NCBI GenBank assembly: GCA_044225175.1
Contig: JBGAJA010000003.1
Span: forward strand, 197,428 to 261,427
Direction of reading: 5' to 3'
Origin: Candidatus Omnitrophota bacterium
Lineage (GTDB): Bacteria > Omnitrophota > Gorgyraeia > Zapsychrales > Fredricksoniimonadaceae
DNA length: 64,000 nt
The translations under genes were made by a program, and so were the position numbers. The notes beneath the pieces were generated by a model. That model saw nothing but the letters and a program-made list of their open reading frames with translations. It was not told the DNA's origin and did not search any database. The stretch's first letter is position 1. The number at the start of each line of letters is the position of its first letter. Below are positions 8,230-18,236 of the stretch, one piece after another.

Positions 8230-9641
8230 TCAGGAAACTTATGAAGAAAATTTTTTTGTTTTTGATAGTTATTCCATTGCTTAGTTCTTGCGCGCATCCT
8301 CATGCTTTCCAATCTTCGGGAATCAAAGCGCCTTCTTTATGGAGCCGATGGTTTCAATCTAAAAACTCGCCTATGGATGATGTTCTTATTGTCGATGACA
8401 AAGCCCAAGTAGAGCACCATTGGTGGAAACATTTTCATGATCCAGTTCTTGATGAGTTAATTCAACAGGCTTTAAAGAACAATAAAACCCTGGCCATTGC
8501 TAAAGCTCGTGTCGAAGAGGCGGGTGCAAATTATGGAATTGGGTTATCTAATCAAATGCCTCAAATTGATTTGATTGGAAAACCAAAACGCGGCAATGAA
8601 GGCCTTGGCACCAGTGATAAGGTCAGAAGTATTGTCGATGTTAATCTGCAAGCCACATGGGAGATGGATATTTTTGGACGCAATCTTCCAAGGCTCGCCC
8701 AAATCCAAACCATCATGCAATCTCAGGAAGCAAGCAGGCAAGGAGTCATGGTTGGTCTTTTAGCCCAAGTGGGACGCAATTATTTTGATTTACGTAATTA
8801 TGAGCAGCAGATTGTAATCACGAAGAAGAATTTAGAGAACCAACAAAAGACATTAGACCTTATTAAAGCCCAACAAAAAGGGGCTATGGTGAGTGATTTT
8901 GATGTCGAGCGTGCAGGTGCCCAGGTTTCAAGGACTCAGTCCCAGCTTCCCTTGTTACAGGCCGCTTATGAAGCAACATTAAATCGTTTAAATGTACTTC
9001 TTGGAGCAGTTCCTGGAACTAAGGATTTTCTGCTTAAAGAAAAACAGGCGCAAGAACCCATTAATCAACAAGTGGTTGTTGCTGCTCCAGCGACTGTATT
9101 GGCTAATCGCCCCGATGTGAAAGCAGCGGAGCGTCTTTATGCCGCAAGCATTTCTGGTCGTGAATATGCAAAGAAAGAAATTTTTCCGAAGATTACATTG
9201 CTCTCATTTTTTGGTATTCAAGATTCAAAATTATTATCAACCTATCCATGGAGTGTGGGGATTACATTTATTCAGCCAGTTTTAGATTTTGGCCGTATCC
9301 AAGGAGATATTAAGGTAGCCCGTGCTCAAGAACGTCAGGCATTCTTGCAATATCAACAGACAGTCTTGGAAGCTTTGGAAGATATGGAAAATGCGCTCTC
9401 TGGCTATAAAAATGAAATGGTCCGCAATGGATTTCTAAAGACTTCTGTTGAACAAAATCGTAAAGCAGCAGATTTGTCCAAGCAACAATTCCAAAGTGGA
9501 TACACAGCACTTTTGGATGTTCTTGTTGCTGAACGCAATGTCCTAGATGCTGAATCAGATTTTGCCGATTCTGATGCCAAGCTTAGAAAAGATCTTATTG
9601 GTATTTATACGGCTTCAGGTGGTGGTTGGTTAGTTGAATAG
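8226..9641 (+). CDS. Outer membrane factor lipoprotein (OprM/NodT family) of the RND system
   Basis: Lipobox LLSSC| and two TolC-like repeat halves. Overlaps the permease stop codon. Confidence 0.8.
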   Translation: MIRKLMKKIFLFLIVIPLLSSCAHPHAFQSSGIKAPSLWSRWFQSKNSPMDDVLIVDDKAQVEHHWWKHFHDPVLDELIQQALKNNKTLAIAKARVEEAGANYGIGLSNQMPQIDLIGKPKRGNEGLGTSDKVRSIVDVNLQATWEMDIFGRNLPRLAQIQTIMQSQEASRQGVMVGLLAQVGRNYFDLRNYEQQIVITKKNLENQQKTLDLIKAQQKGAMVSDFDVERAGAQVSRTQSQLPLLQAAYEATLNRLNVLLGAVPGTKDFLLKEKQAQEPINQQVVVAAPATVLANRPDVKAAERLYAASISGREYAKKEIFPKITLLSFFGIQDSKLLSTYPWSVGITFIQPVLDFGRIQGDIKVARAQERQAFLQYQQTVLEALEDMENALSGYKNEMVRNGFLKTSVEQNRKAADLSKQQFQSGYTALLDVLVAERNVLDAESDFADSDAKLRKDLIGIYTASGGGWLVE

Positions 9642-9654
9642 GTGAAAAAAAGAC

Positions 9655-10719
9655 ATGTCAGCGCTATTATTCCCAATTAAAATAGGTGATTTAGAACTTC
9701 CTAATCGTATTTTCATGGCTCCTTTAACGCGTTGTCGGGCTATTGGTGGTGGGCGTGTGCCTAATGAGCTCATGAAGGAATATTACCTTCAGCGTGCTAG
9801 TGCGGGACTTATCTTTAGTGAAGCAACAGCTATTTCACCTATGGGTGTTGGTTATCCAGATACTCCAGGCATTTGGTCACAGGAACAAATTGAAGGTTGG
9901 AAGTCGATCACTGATGCAGTCCATAAAGCTGGTGGAAAGATGTTGCTTCAACTCTGGCATGTGGGCAGAATTTCTGATCCTATTTATTTAAATGGAAAAC
10001 TTCCAGTTGCTCCAAGTGCTATACAACCCTCTGGGCATGTAAGTTTGGTGCGTCCTGAAAAATCTTTTGTTACTCCTCGTGCCCTTGAATTAAGTGAGAT
10101 CCCAGGAATTATCGAAGAATATCGTCAGGGAGCCCTGAATGCGAAAATAGCAGGGTTTGATGCCGTTGAAATTCATGGAGCCAATGGATATCTATTAGAT
10201 CAATTCCTACAGGATGGTTCCAATCATAGAACAGACCAGTATGGGGGATCTGTAGAGAATCGTGCGCGTTTGATGCTGGAAGTGACAGATGCGGTCATCT
10301 CTGTTTGGGGTAAAGGGCGGGTCGGTATGCATTTAGCTCCCAGAGGTGATGCTCAATCCATGGGAGATTCTAATCCCTTGGCTACTTTTGGCTATGTTGC
10401 TCAAGAATTAGGCAAGCGTGGCATTGCTTTTATCTGTGCTCGAGAATCTTTAGGAGAAAAACGAATCGGCCCAGAACTTAAAAAATTGTTTGGCGGTATT
10501 TATATCGCTAATGAAAAATTTGATCAAAAATCTGCAGAGCAAATAATCGAATCAAAACAAGCCGATGCTGTTGCTTTTGGAAAATTATTTATTGCTAATC
10601 CCGACCTGCCTCAGAGATTTAAAAATTCAGCCGCTCTTAATCCGCCAGATCCAAAAACTTTTTATGGTTCCGACGCAAAGGGATATACTGACTATCCCAC
10701 ATTACCTATCTTAAGTTGA
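9655..10719 (+). CDS. NADH:flavin oxidoreductase, Old Yellow Enzyme family (NemA-like alkene reductase)
   Basis: Motifs FMAPLTRCRA and EIHGANGYLLDQFLQD are diagnostic of OYE TIM barrels. Confidence 0.85.
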   Translation: MSALLFPIKIGDLELPNRIFMAPLTRCRAIGGGRVPNELMKEYYLQRASAGLIFSEATAISPMGVGYPDTPGIWSQEQIEGWKSITDAVHKAGGKMLLQLWHVGRISDPIYLNGKLPVAPSAIQPSGHVSLVRPEKSFVTPRALELSEIPGIIEEYRQGALNAKIAGFDAVEIHGANGYLLDQFLQDGSNHRTDQYGGSVENRARLMLEVTDAVISVWGKGRVGMHLAPRGDAQSMGDSNPLATFGYVAQELGKRGIAFICARESLGEKRIGPELKKLFGGIYIANEKFDQKSAEQIIESKQADAVAFGKLFIANPDLPQRFKNSAALNPPDPKTFYGSDAKGYTDYPTLPILS

Positions 10720-10782
10720 ATTCCATCCTAAAAGAATTATACTAATTGGGTTATTAAGCTGAAGATAATATTAAGGAGAGAT

Positions 10783-11844
10783 ATGATTACGGAGTTTATA
10801 GGATTTTATTTGGCTGGATTAGCAGTTAATTTAACACCTTGCGTTTATCCAATGCTTACTGTCACCGCATCATTATTCAAACCTAAGAAGGATTCTCATG
10901 AAACACTTCGCCATTCGTTTTTAAAAGCATTTGTCTACGTGTTGGGTATTGTTTTAATGTATAGCACGCTTGGATATTTTGCGGCTTTTAGCGGCAAATT
11001 ATTCGGTTCTGCACTCCAAAGCAGATGGGTTTTAGGTGCGGTTGCTTTAATGATGTTTGCTTTAGCTTTATCGATGTTTGGACTTTTTCAAATTAGGATG
11101 CCTCAAGAGTTGCTTAATAAATTAAGCGGGCTTAGAAAAGCGGATTATGTGGGATTGTTTTTATCTGGAGTACTCGTCGGATATTTTGCTGCACCATGTA
11201 TTGGTCCTCCAGTTTTAGCTTTATTAGCTGCGGTAGCCAATCATGGAGACCCTGCCTTTGGTTTCTGGGCATTCTTTGTTTTTTCTTGGGGGCTTGGAAC
11301 TCCTTATTTGTTATTGGGAACATTTTCAAAATTAATTACCAAATTACCTAAAGCTGGAAAGTGGCTTCTTTGGGTCGAAAGAATCTTTGGGGTCGTTTTA
11401 TTGTGCTTTGCGTTTTTTTATTTATCTTTAGCATTACGCTTGAATCAACCTGCCACTGGTCAGCTCATCATTTTTCAACCATATAGTCCAACGAAATTAG
11501 AAGAAGTGATTAAGAATCATAGACCTGTTGTTATTGATTTTTTTGCTGAATGGTGTCCAGGATGTAAAGAAATGGATCGAAAAGTCTTTCCAGATCCTGA
11601 AATCAAAAAACAGCTTTCTCAAGTGACTGCTTTGCGGGTCGATGCAACTAATATTGATGATCCGCAAGTCTCTAAAATTATCGATTATTTTGGAGTTATT
11701 GGTCTTCCTACAGTTGTTTTTTTAGATAAAAATGGACAAGAGGTCAAGGAGGCCAGAATTGAAGGTGAGGAATCGGTCAGAGGGTTTCAAAGATCATTAG
11801 ATATTTGGTCTAAGAAAATTGGGGTTCAATTAGAGAGGAAATAG
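10783..11844 (+). CDS. DsbD-like thiol:disulfide interchange protein (CcdA-type membrane domain plus C-terminal thioredoxin domain, WCPGC)
   Basis: Polytopic membrane domain carrying TM cysteines (LTPCVYP, APCIGP), followed by a thioredoxin fold with a WCPGC active site. Confidence 0.75.
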   Translation: MITEFIGFYLAGLAVNLTPCVYPMLTVTASLFKPKKDSHETLRHSFLKAFVYVLGIVLMYSTLGYFAAFSGKLFGSALQSRWVLGAVALMMFALALSMFGLFQIRMPQELLNKLSGLRKADYVGLFLSGVLVGYFAAPCIGPPVLALLAAVANHGDPAFGFWAFFVFSWGLGTPYLLLGTFSKLITKLPKAGKWLLWVERIFGVVLLCFAFFYLSLALRLNQPATGQLIIFQPYSPTKLEEVIKNHRPVVIDFFAEWCPGCKEMDRKVFPDPEIKKQLSQVTALRVDATNIDDPQVSKIIDYFGVIGLPTVVFLDKNGQEVKEARIEGEESVRGFQRSLDIWSKKIGVQLERK

Positions 11845-11847
11845 TCT

Positions 11848-12381
11848 ATGAGAACTTTTATTTTGGTGGCATTGATATGTTGTGTTAGCTTTTTTTTTAC
11901 AAAAGCGAAGGGAGAACATATGGATTCTGTGAAACCTGGAAAGATTAAGATTTGGGACGTGGCAAGTAATAGTTATCAGACGGTAGATACAGTTATTAAA
12001 ACTGATGATGAATGGAAAAAGATACTAACTCCTCAGCAATATGAAGTTACCCGTGCCCATGGTACAGAACGTGCTTTTTGTGGATTACCAACCAAAGATC
12101 ACAAAAAAGGTGTTTATAAGTGCGTGGGTTGCAGGACGGATCTTTATCGAGCTGGAGAAAAGTTTGAATCAGGAACAGGATGGCCTTCTTTTTGGCAACC
12201 AGTTAATGAAGCTAATGTTGGATATACAGAAGATTTTGATTTTGGTATGCATCGCACAGAGGTCCATTGTGCTCGATGTGGTGCTCACTTAGGCCATGTT
12301 TTCGATGATGGTCCTCCTCCAACAGGAAAAAGATACTGTATTAATTCTGTGGCATTGAAGTTTGTGCCTGATGAAAAATAG
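11848..12381 (+). CDS. msrB: Peptide-methionine (R)-S-oxide reductase MsrB, with signal peptide (periplasmic)
   Basis: SelR motifs: CXXC...CARCGAHLGHVF...RYCINSVALKF. N-terminal hydrophobic leader. Confidence 0.85.
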   Translation: MRTFILVALICCVSFFFTKAKGEHMDSVKPGKIKIWDVASNSYQTVDTVIKTDDEWKKILTPQQYEVTRAHGTERAFCGLPTKDHKKGVYKCVGCRTDLYRAGEKFESGTGWPSFWQPVNEANVGYTEDFDFGMHRTEVHCARCGAHLGHVFDDGPPPTGKRYCINSVALKFVPDEK

Positions 12382-12410
12382 CCTGCAATTATTAGGCCAA
12401 GGAGACTATT

Positions 12411-13025
12411 ATGCGACTTACGGCTCTGTTTTTTTTAAGTTTGGTATTAATGACAACTTTTACGCATGCTCAGGAGGTTAAAATGAATCAAGAACAATTA
12501 GAAAAAGCAACTTTTGCAGGAGGATGTTTTTGGTGTATGCAGCCATTTTTTGATCGCATTAAAGGAGTTAAATACACCCAGGTGGGATATACAGGTGGAC
12601 AAACTAAAAATCCAACCTATGAAGAGGTGTCTATGGGAGAGACAGGTCATGCGGAAGCCATCGAAATCACATACGATCCTAAGGAAGCTACGTATGAACA
12701 ATTATTGAACGTCTATTGGCATAATATTGACCCAACTGTTGAAAATGCACAGTTTGTAGATCATGGGACACAATACCGAAGTGCTATTTTTTATCATGGA
12801 CAAGAGCAAAAGCACAAAGCTGAACAATCTAAGAAACAATTGGCAGCTTCTGGCAAGTTCGATAAGCCTATTATGACTGAAATCGTAGCTGCAGATACTT
12901 TTTATCCAGCCGAAGAGTATCATCAACAATACTACAAAAAAAGTCCTGTTCGATATCAAATGTATAGTGCAGGTTCCGGACGGCATGAATTTTTAGAGAA
13001 AGTATGGGGGAAAGACCAGCATTAA
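12411..13025 (+). CDS. msrA: Peptide-methionine (S)-S-oxide reductase MsrA, with signal peptide (periplasmic)
   Basis: GCFWC active-site motif and the conserved YHQQY region. N-terminal signal-like leader. Confidence 0.85.
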   Translation: MRLTALFFLSLVLMTTFTHAQEVKMNQEQLEKATFAGGCFWCMQPFFDRIKGVKYTQVGYTGGQTKNPTYEEVSMGETGHAEAIEITYDPKEATYEQLLNVYWHNIDPTVENAQFVDHGTQYRSAIFYHGQEQKHKAEQSKKQLAASGKFDKPIMTEIVAADTFYPAEEYHQQYYKKSPVRYQMYSAGSGRHEFLEKVWGKDQH

Positions 13026-13061
13026 TTGATCTCTTTCATTGATAATGGGTTAAGACATAGT

Positions 13062-13106
13062 AAACCCCTTACAATTTAATAAATTGTGAGGGGTTTAATG
13101 TTTTTA
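13062..13106 (+). terminator. Rho-independent terminator after msrA
   Basis: 16 bp stem (aaaccccttacaattt / aaattgtgaggggttt, one G·U wobble), 3 nt loop, then a T5 run. Confidence 0.6.
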
Positions 13107-13145
13107 AGGGTAAAAATAGCTCTTTAAAATATTTCATTTACCAGT

Positions 13146-13165
13146 TGCGAATATATAAATTCGCA
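13146..13165 (+). promoter_or_regulatory. Inverted repeat TGCGAAT-atataa-ATTCGCA in the promoter region of the pilus/secretin operon
   Basis: Perfect 7 bp arms, ~55 bp upstream of the secretin start and overlapping the likely -35/-10 region. Could also arise by chance in AT-rich DNA. Confidence 0.3.
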
Positions 13166-13219
13166 CATAATATAAAAACACATTATTAGAAAAATAACAT
13201 TTAATTTTGGAGGAATTCT

Positions 13220-14866
13220 TTGAAACGACCATTGAGGATGTTGTGTGCTTGTTTGATGGTCCTTGCTTTGTTCCCGCAGCAATCTTTGCATGCCTTAGAA
13301 AATCCTTTGGCTGACACTCAGAGAATTTCCATCGATTATAAAAATGCCGATCTCACAGATGTTATTAAAGCCATTTCCTATTCCTATAATCTTAATATCG
13401 TTGTTCAAAAAGATGTTTCCGGTAAAGTTTCTGCTCAATTAAAAGACATTACTGTCGACGAAGCCTTACATGCTATCCTTTCTGTTAATAATTATTCCTA
13501 TATTCGAAAAGGGAGTGTCATTTATATTTTAGATAAGAATGATGTAACCAGTATTACGGAATCTTTGCCTTTACATTTTTTGACTCTTAAAGCAGCCAAG
13601 AATTTGTTAAGTGGGGCATTGCCTAAATTTAATGGTGTCATTCAGGGAAGTGAGGATTCTAATAATCTTGTAGTTACGGCTAATCCTGCTGATTTAGAGA
13701 GTGTGAAAGAATGTCTTAAAGGCATAGATGTGCCGCCTATTCAAGTTCTTATTGAAGCGCAAATTATTGATATTAATAAATCAGACATTCAGAAATTGGA
13801 TAGTGCTGTGGGGCTTATATATTCGGCTTCTCAAACAGGAGGACAATTCGTTAAATATACTCCAACGGTAGGGCCTGCAGAATCTGGTGCTGCTGTACCA
13901 TTCAAAGATAACGTTACAGACGACCAAAGCGCTTTTACAATCTCTAATAATTCAGACAAACTTTTTTCACAAGTTTCACTTAATGCATTGGTCAATAATC
14001 ATAAAGCCCGGGTTATAGCATCACCATCCATTGCAACCCTCAATGGACATGAGGCTAATATTCTCATTGGTGAAAAATATCCATATATCAACTCTACAAC
14101 TGCGGCAGGGGGAACTGGCGGGGGAGTGGTTAATCAGACGACCACTTCTTATATTGACATTGGAACAAAACTTAGAGTTACCCCCAGGGTTTCTGTAGAT
14201 GGTTGGATTACCATGAAAATTCAACCTGAAGTTTCCACATTCTTAGGTCTTGTTAATGGAAATCCTAACATTGCTACACGTTCTGCAGAAACAGAAGTAA
14301 GGGTTAAGGATAATCAAACAATTATCATCGGTGGTTTAAAAGGTACGAGTAATATTCGTGATAAAAATGGCACGCCTTTTTTGAAGGATATACCTATTTT
14401 AGGAGCTCTTTTTTCAAGTAACGATAAAACAATTGTTGATGGAGAACTAACAGTTTTAATTACTCCTCATGTTATACCCATGCCTAAAACAGGAAATGTA
14501 GCAACTCCAGATAATTCATATGCTTCTACTCAGAATCGTAAAGATAATGAAATGATTCAGAATATCTTAAATTATGCCGAGACATTAGATGCAGAAAGAA
14601 CCAAAGATCCTGCAAAGAATCTTTATCTTAGCTCAGAACAGGTTAAATCTTACCGTATGGTCTTGCAGCAATTTCCTGACTCGGGTAGAAGTGATTTCTG
14701 TTTGTATAGAATAGCTTTAATTTATGCCAAAGAATTTGGTAAATGCGATGCTTCAAAGGAAGCTTTAGATGAATTAAAAGAATTAGATTCTGATAGTCCA
14801 TATGTCCCCGTCACAGAAGCCTTAGTTGATGCATGTAATGCAGTGAATAGAAGTCCAAAGAAATAA
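13220..14866 (+). CDS. Secretin (PilQ/GspD family) with an unusual ~140 aa C-terminal TPR-like extension
   Basis: TTG start with a GGAGG RBS. Signal peptide, N0/N1-like domains and a secretin domain (VIASPSIATLNGHEANILIGE...PFLKDIPILGALF...LTVLITPHVI). The extra C-terminal tail is helical and TPR-like. Confidence 0.8.
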   Translation: MKRPLRMLCACLMVLALFPQQSLHALENPLADTQRISIDYKNADLTDVIKAISYSYNLNIVVQKDVSGKVSAQLKDITVDEALHAILSVNNYSYIRKGSVIYILDKNDVTSITESLPLHFLTLKAAKNLLSGALPKFNGVIQGSEDSNNLVVTANPADLESVKECLKGIDVPPIQVLIEAQIIDINKSDIQKLDSAVGLIYSASQTGGQFVKYTPTVGPAESGAAVPFKDNVTDDQSAFTISNNSDKLFSQVSLNALVNNHKARVIASPSIATLNGHEANILIGEKYPYINSTTAAGGTGGGVVNQTTTSYIDIGTKLRVTPRVSVDGWITMKIQPEVSTFLGLVNGNPNIATRSAETEVRVKDNQTIIIGGLKGTSNIRDKNGTPFLKDIPILGALFSSNDKTIVDGELTVLITPHVIPMPKTGNVATPDNSYASTQNRKDNEMIQNILNYAETLDAERTKDPAKNLYLSSEQVKSYRMVLQQFPDSGRSDFCLYRIALIYAKEFGKCDASKEALDELKELDSDSPYVPVTEALVDACNAVNRSPKK

Positions 14867-14891
14867 ATTTATTATCTCTAGAAAGAAGTAT

Positions 14892-15281
14892 ATGGCAGAT
14901 GAATTAAAGAAAAAAATCTTAATTGTGGATGATGATCCGATGATAGTTGCTTTGATGGTAAAAACTCTTCAAGCTATGGGATTTGATGTTTTAAAAGGCT
15001 CTAATGGTCAGGAAGCTTTAACCATTGTTAAAGAAACCAGGCCAGATTTAATTATTCTTGATCAAATGATGCCTAAAATTGACGGGATTAAGACTTGTGC
15101 TTTATTAAAAGCTGATCGAAGATTTTTAAATATCCCTATCATTATGTTTACAGCTTCCGCAGAAGAAGCTGATAGAACTCTCAGTAAACAAATGGGAGCT
15201 GATGATTACTGTAATAAACCGTTAAATGTAGCAGAATTAAAACAGAAGATTGAATATTTGTTGTCTCAATCTAAAAACTAA
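14892..15281 (+). CDS. CheY-like response regulator receiver, single domain (PilH/PilG-like)
   Basis: ILIVDDDP...D(54)...K motifs of the REC domain; 129 aa. Confidence 0.85.
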   Translation: MADELKKKILIVDDDPMIVALMVKTLQAMGFDVLKGSNGQEALTIVKETRPDLIILDQMMPKIDGIKTCALLKADRRFLNIPIIMFTASAEEADRTLSKQMGADDYCNKPLNVAELKQKIEYLLSQSKN

Positions 15282-15287
15282 AACTTT

Positions 15288-16904
15288 ATGAGTACGCATA
15301 TAAAAAGATCCATGGGGGAGTTGTTTTTAGAAAAGGGATTAATATCCTCTTCTCAATGGGAGGAAGTACGTGCCGAACAGCAAAAAACTGGGGAATCTAT
15401 TTTTAGAATCATACCTAGGCTTGGTTTTATTACTCAAGAGAATATGGTTGAATTTATCGTTGAAAATAGTGGCGTCGTCCGCATAGATTTGAATCATCAT
15501 ATTATTAATCCAGCAATTATAGAATTAGTTCCTGAAGAAATTGCCCATAAACATTTGGTGATTCCTGTTTTAAAAATAGGCAATACGCTGACATGTGCAA
15601 TGGTGGATGTTTTTAATATTTATGTTCAGGATGAATTGGCTGCTAAAACAGGGCTTACAATCGATCCTGCTATTGCGACGGAGAATGAAATTAAATTAGC
15701 CATTGATGAATTTTATACAGTCAAAGGGGATGTGGATGATGTCATCAAGACATTAGATGACAATAAAACCACACAAAAAGATTCTGAAGAAGTAGATATT
15801 GTCCGTCTTGCTGATATGGGTCAAGATGCCCCCGTTGTTAAATTTGTTAATTTAATGATTGCACAGGCTGTTGGTGAAGGAGCTTCTGATATTCATATTG
15901 AGCCCGAAGAGAATACTTTGGCTATTAGGACTCGTGTCGATGGGATTTTAAGAAAACAGCCGGCTCCACCAAAACAGTTTCAAGCAGCCATTATTTCACG
16001 TATTAAGATTTTAGCTAAATTAGATATTGCAGAGACGCGTAAACCACAAGATGGTCGTATCCAATTAAAATTGGATAATAAGCGTATTGATATTCGTGTT
16101 TCCTGCTTACCGACAGTTTATGGTGAGAATATCGTCATGCGTCTTTTAGACACAAGTAATATTTTAATTGGTTTAGAAGAAATAGGTTTTGAAAAAGAGT
16201 TATTAGAAAAATTTAAAGGTCTTCTGCATAGACCCAACGGCATTCTTCTTGTTACTGGTCCTACAGGAAGTGGAAAAACAACAACACTGTACTCTTCGTT
16301 GAGTTTGATCAATGATCAAAGTAAGTCTATTGTCACAATTGAAGATCCTGTGGAATATCGTTTACCTGGAATTCGTCAGACACAGGTCAATACAAAAGTT
16401 GATTTAACTTTTGCGGCAGGCCTTCGATCTATTTTGCGTCAAGACCCTAATGTAATCATGGTTGGGGAAATTCGTGACGTAGAAACAGCCCAAATTGCAA
16501 TACAGGCAGCCTTAACAGGGCATCTTGTACTAGCTACATTACACACTAATAATGCTGCGGGCGCTATTACACGTTTGTTAGATATTGGAGTAGAACCATT
16601 CTTATTGTCCTCATCTATAGTTGGGGTATTGGCTCAACGTCTTGTGAGGTTAAAATGTAAGCACTGTAATGGTAAGGGTTGCAAAAGCTGCGTTCAGGGA
16701 TATAAGGGACGAACAAGTATTTTTGAATTGCTGGTTTTTAACGAAAAGATACGTGAATTAGTTTTGCGTAAAGCTTCAGCTGATGAGATACATCGAGTTG
16801 CAGTATCAACGGGCATGCAAAGTTTACGTGATGATGGGATGGCAAAAGTATCTCAGGGATTAACCACACAAGAAGAAGTGTTTAGAGTTACTCAACAAGA
16901 ATAA
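15288..16904 (+). CDS. Type IV pilus / type II secretion assembly ATPase (PilB/GspE family)
   Basis: N-terminal GSPII_E domain, Walker A GPTGSGKTT, Asp box, His box and a C-terminal tetracysteine CKHCNGKGCKSC zinc motif. Confidence 0.9.
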   Translation: MSTHIKRSMGELFLEKGLISSSQWEEVRAEQQKTGESIFRIIPRLGFITQENMVEFIVENSGVVRIDLNHHIINPAIIELVPEEIAHKHLVIPVLKIGNTLTCAMVDVFNIYVQDELAAKTGLTIDPAIATENEIKLAIDEFYTVKGDVDDVIKTLDDNKTTQKDSEEVDIVRLADMGQDAPVVKFVNLMIAQAVGEGASDIHIEPEENTLAIRTRVDGILRKQPAPPKQFQAAIISRIKILAKLDIAETRKPQDGRIQLKLDNKRIDIRVSCLPTVYGENIVMRLLDTSNILIGLEEIGFEKELLEKFKGLLHRPNGILLVTGPTGSGKTTTLYSSLSLINDQSKSIVTIEDPVEYRLPGIRQTQVNTKVDLTFAAGLRSILRQDPNVIMVGEIRDVETAQIAIQAALTGHLVLATLHTNNAAGAITRLLDIGVEPFLLSSSIVGVLAQRLVRLKCKHCNGKGCKSCVQGYKGRTSIFELLVFNEKIRELVLRKASADEIHRVAVSTGMQSLRDDGMAKVSQGLTTQEEVFRVTQQE

Positions 16905-16915
16905 AAAGGTTTTAA

Positions 16916-18196
16916 ATGAGCAAGTTTTCTTATAAAGCTAGAAATAATGAAGGACAGCTAGTCACAGGCCAGCTGGAGGCAGATTCTCAGCAAGAGATTT
17001 TGCAACAGCTGGGTAAAATGCAATATACTCCCGTGACTATTGCTCCTCTTGCTGAAAAGAAAATAGTTGTAAAACCCACAGAGAAAAATGTTTCTCCTAA
17101 ATCAAAAGGTTTTTGGGATTTATCTTTTAGCTCTTTATCTACACCAGGAAAAGTAAAAGTTAAAGATGTTATGGTCTTTTGTTCCAATTTATCTAGCATG
17201 TCTTCAGCAGGAGTGCCTTTATTAGGAGCTTTAAATACAATTGCTGAACAGTTTCAGAATCCAGCTATGACCAATACTTTGCGTAGGGTTGCGCAATTGG
17301 TTTCTCAAGGTTCTTCTTTTTCTGATGCTTTGGCGGCTTTTCCAAGAGTTTTTTCACCTTTTTTTGTCAGCATGGTGAAAGTAGGGGAAATGTCAGGTAC
17401 TCTCGATAGTGGTTTGAAAGCACTAGCTATTTATTTGGAGAAGCAGGAACGTTTAAGGCAAACAGTTCGAGGGATATTAATTTATCCATCCATCTTAATG
17501 ATTGTTGGTACTGCTGTAGTAACTTTGATTTTAGTTTTTTTGATGCCAAAGTTTGTTGCTATTTTTACAAAAGCAAATGTACCATTGCCAATTCCTACAA
17601 AAATTTTGTATGGTTTAAGCCTTTTCATTCGACAATACTGGATGTGGATTATAGGAATATTGCTGAGCATTACTGGTGCTATTGTTTTTTCTTTTCAGAA
17701 ACAACAAGGAAGATACTTCTGGCAAAGACTGTTTATTAATATGCCTGTGGTTGGAGATCTTATTAAGAAAACATTGTGTGCCCGTTTTTGTAGAACATTA
17801 GGTATTATGCTTGAATCAGGTGTTTCTTTATTAGTTGCCCTGAAAATGGTTAAGCAAACACTCGACAATGTGGTCTTCGCAGAGATTTTAGAAGAGGTTT
17901 ATGAAAGTGCTGAAAAAGGTGAAGGTATTCATAAACCATTGCTGTTAAGAAAAGAGATTCCAAAAGATGTGAGTTATATGATATCCGTAGGTGAGCAAAG
18001 TGGTAATATTGGTTCGATGCTCAATAAAGTGGCAGATTTCTATGAAACTAAGATTGAGTTTGAGGTCAAGGATGCCGTCACTTTAATTGAGCCGACGTTT
18101 ATAGTGATTTTGGGGGGCGTTGTAGGTGTGATCATGGCATCTATGATTTTGCCTTTATTTGATATGATTAAAACCCTAGAAGTGATGCATAAATAA
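16916..18196 (+). CDS. Platform protein (PilC/GspF family)
   Basis: Two GspF repeats and three TM helices. Confidence 0.85.
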   Translation: MSKFSYKARNNEGQLVTGQLEADSQQEILQQLGKMQYTPVTIAPLAEKKIVVKPTEKNVSPKSKGFWDLSFSSLSTPGKVKVKDVMVFCSNLSSMSSAGVPLLGALNTIAEQFQNPAMTNTLRRVAQLVSQGSSFSDALAAFPRVFSPFFVSMVKVGEMSGTLDSGLKALAIYLEKQERLRQTVRGILIYPSILMIVGTAVVTLILVFLMPKFVAIFTKANVPLPIPTKILYGLSLFIRQYWMWIIGILLSITGAIVFSFQKQQGRYFWQRLFINMPVVGDLIKKTLCARFCRTLGIMLESGVSLLVALKMVKQTLDNVVFAEILEEVYESAEKGEGIHKPLLLRKEIPKDVSYMISVGEQSGNIGSMLNKVADFYETKIEFEVKDAVTLIEPTFIVILGGVVGVIMASMILPLFDMIKTLEVMHK

Positions 18197-18236
18197 AAAT
18201 TAAAAATAAACAAAAAAATAAACTAAGGAGAATAAA

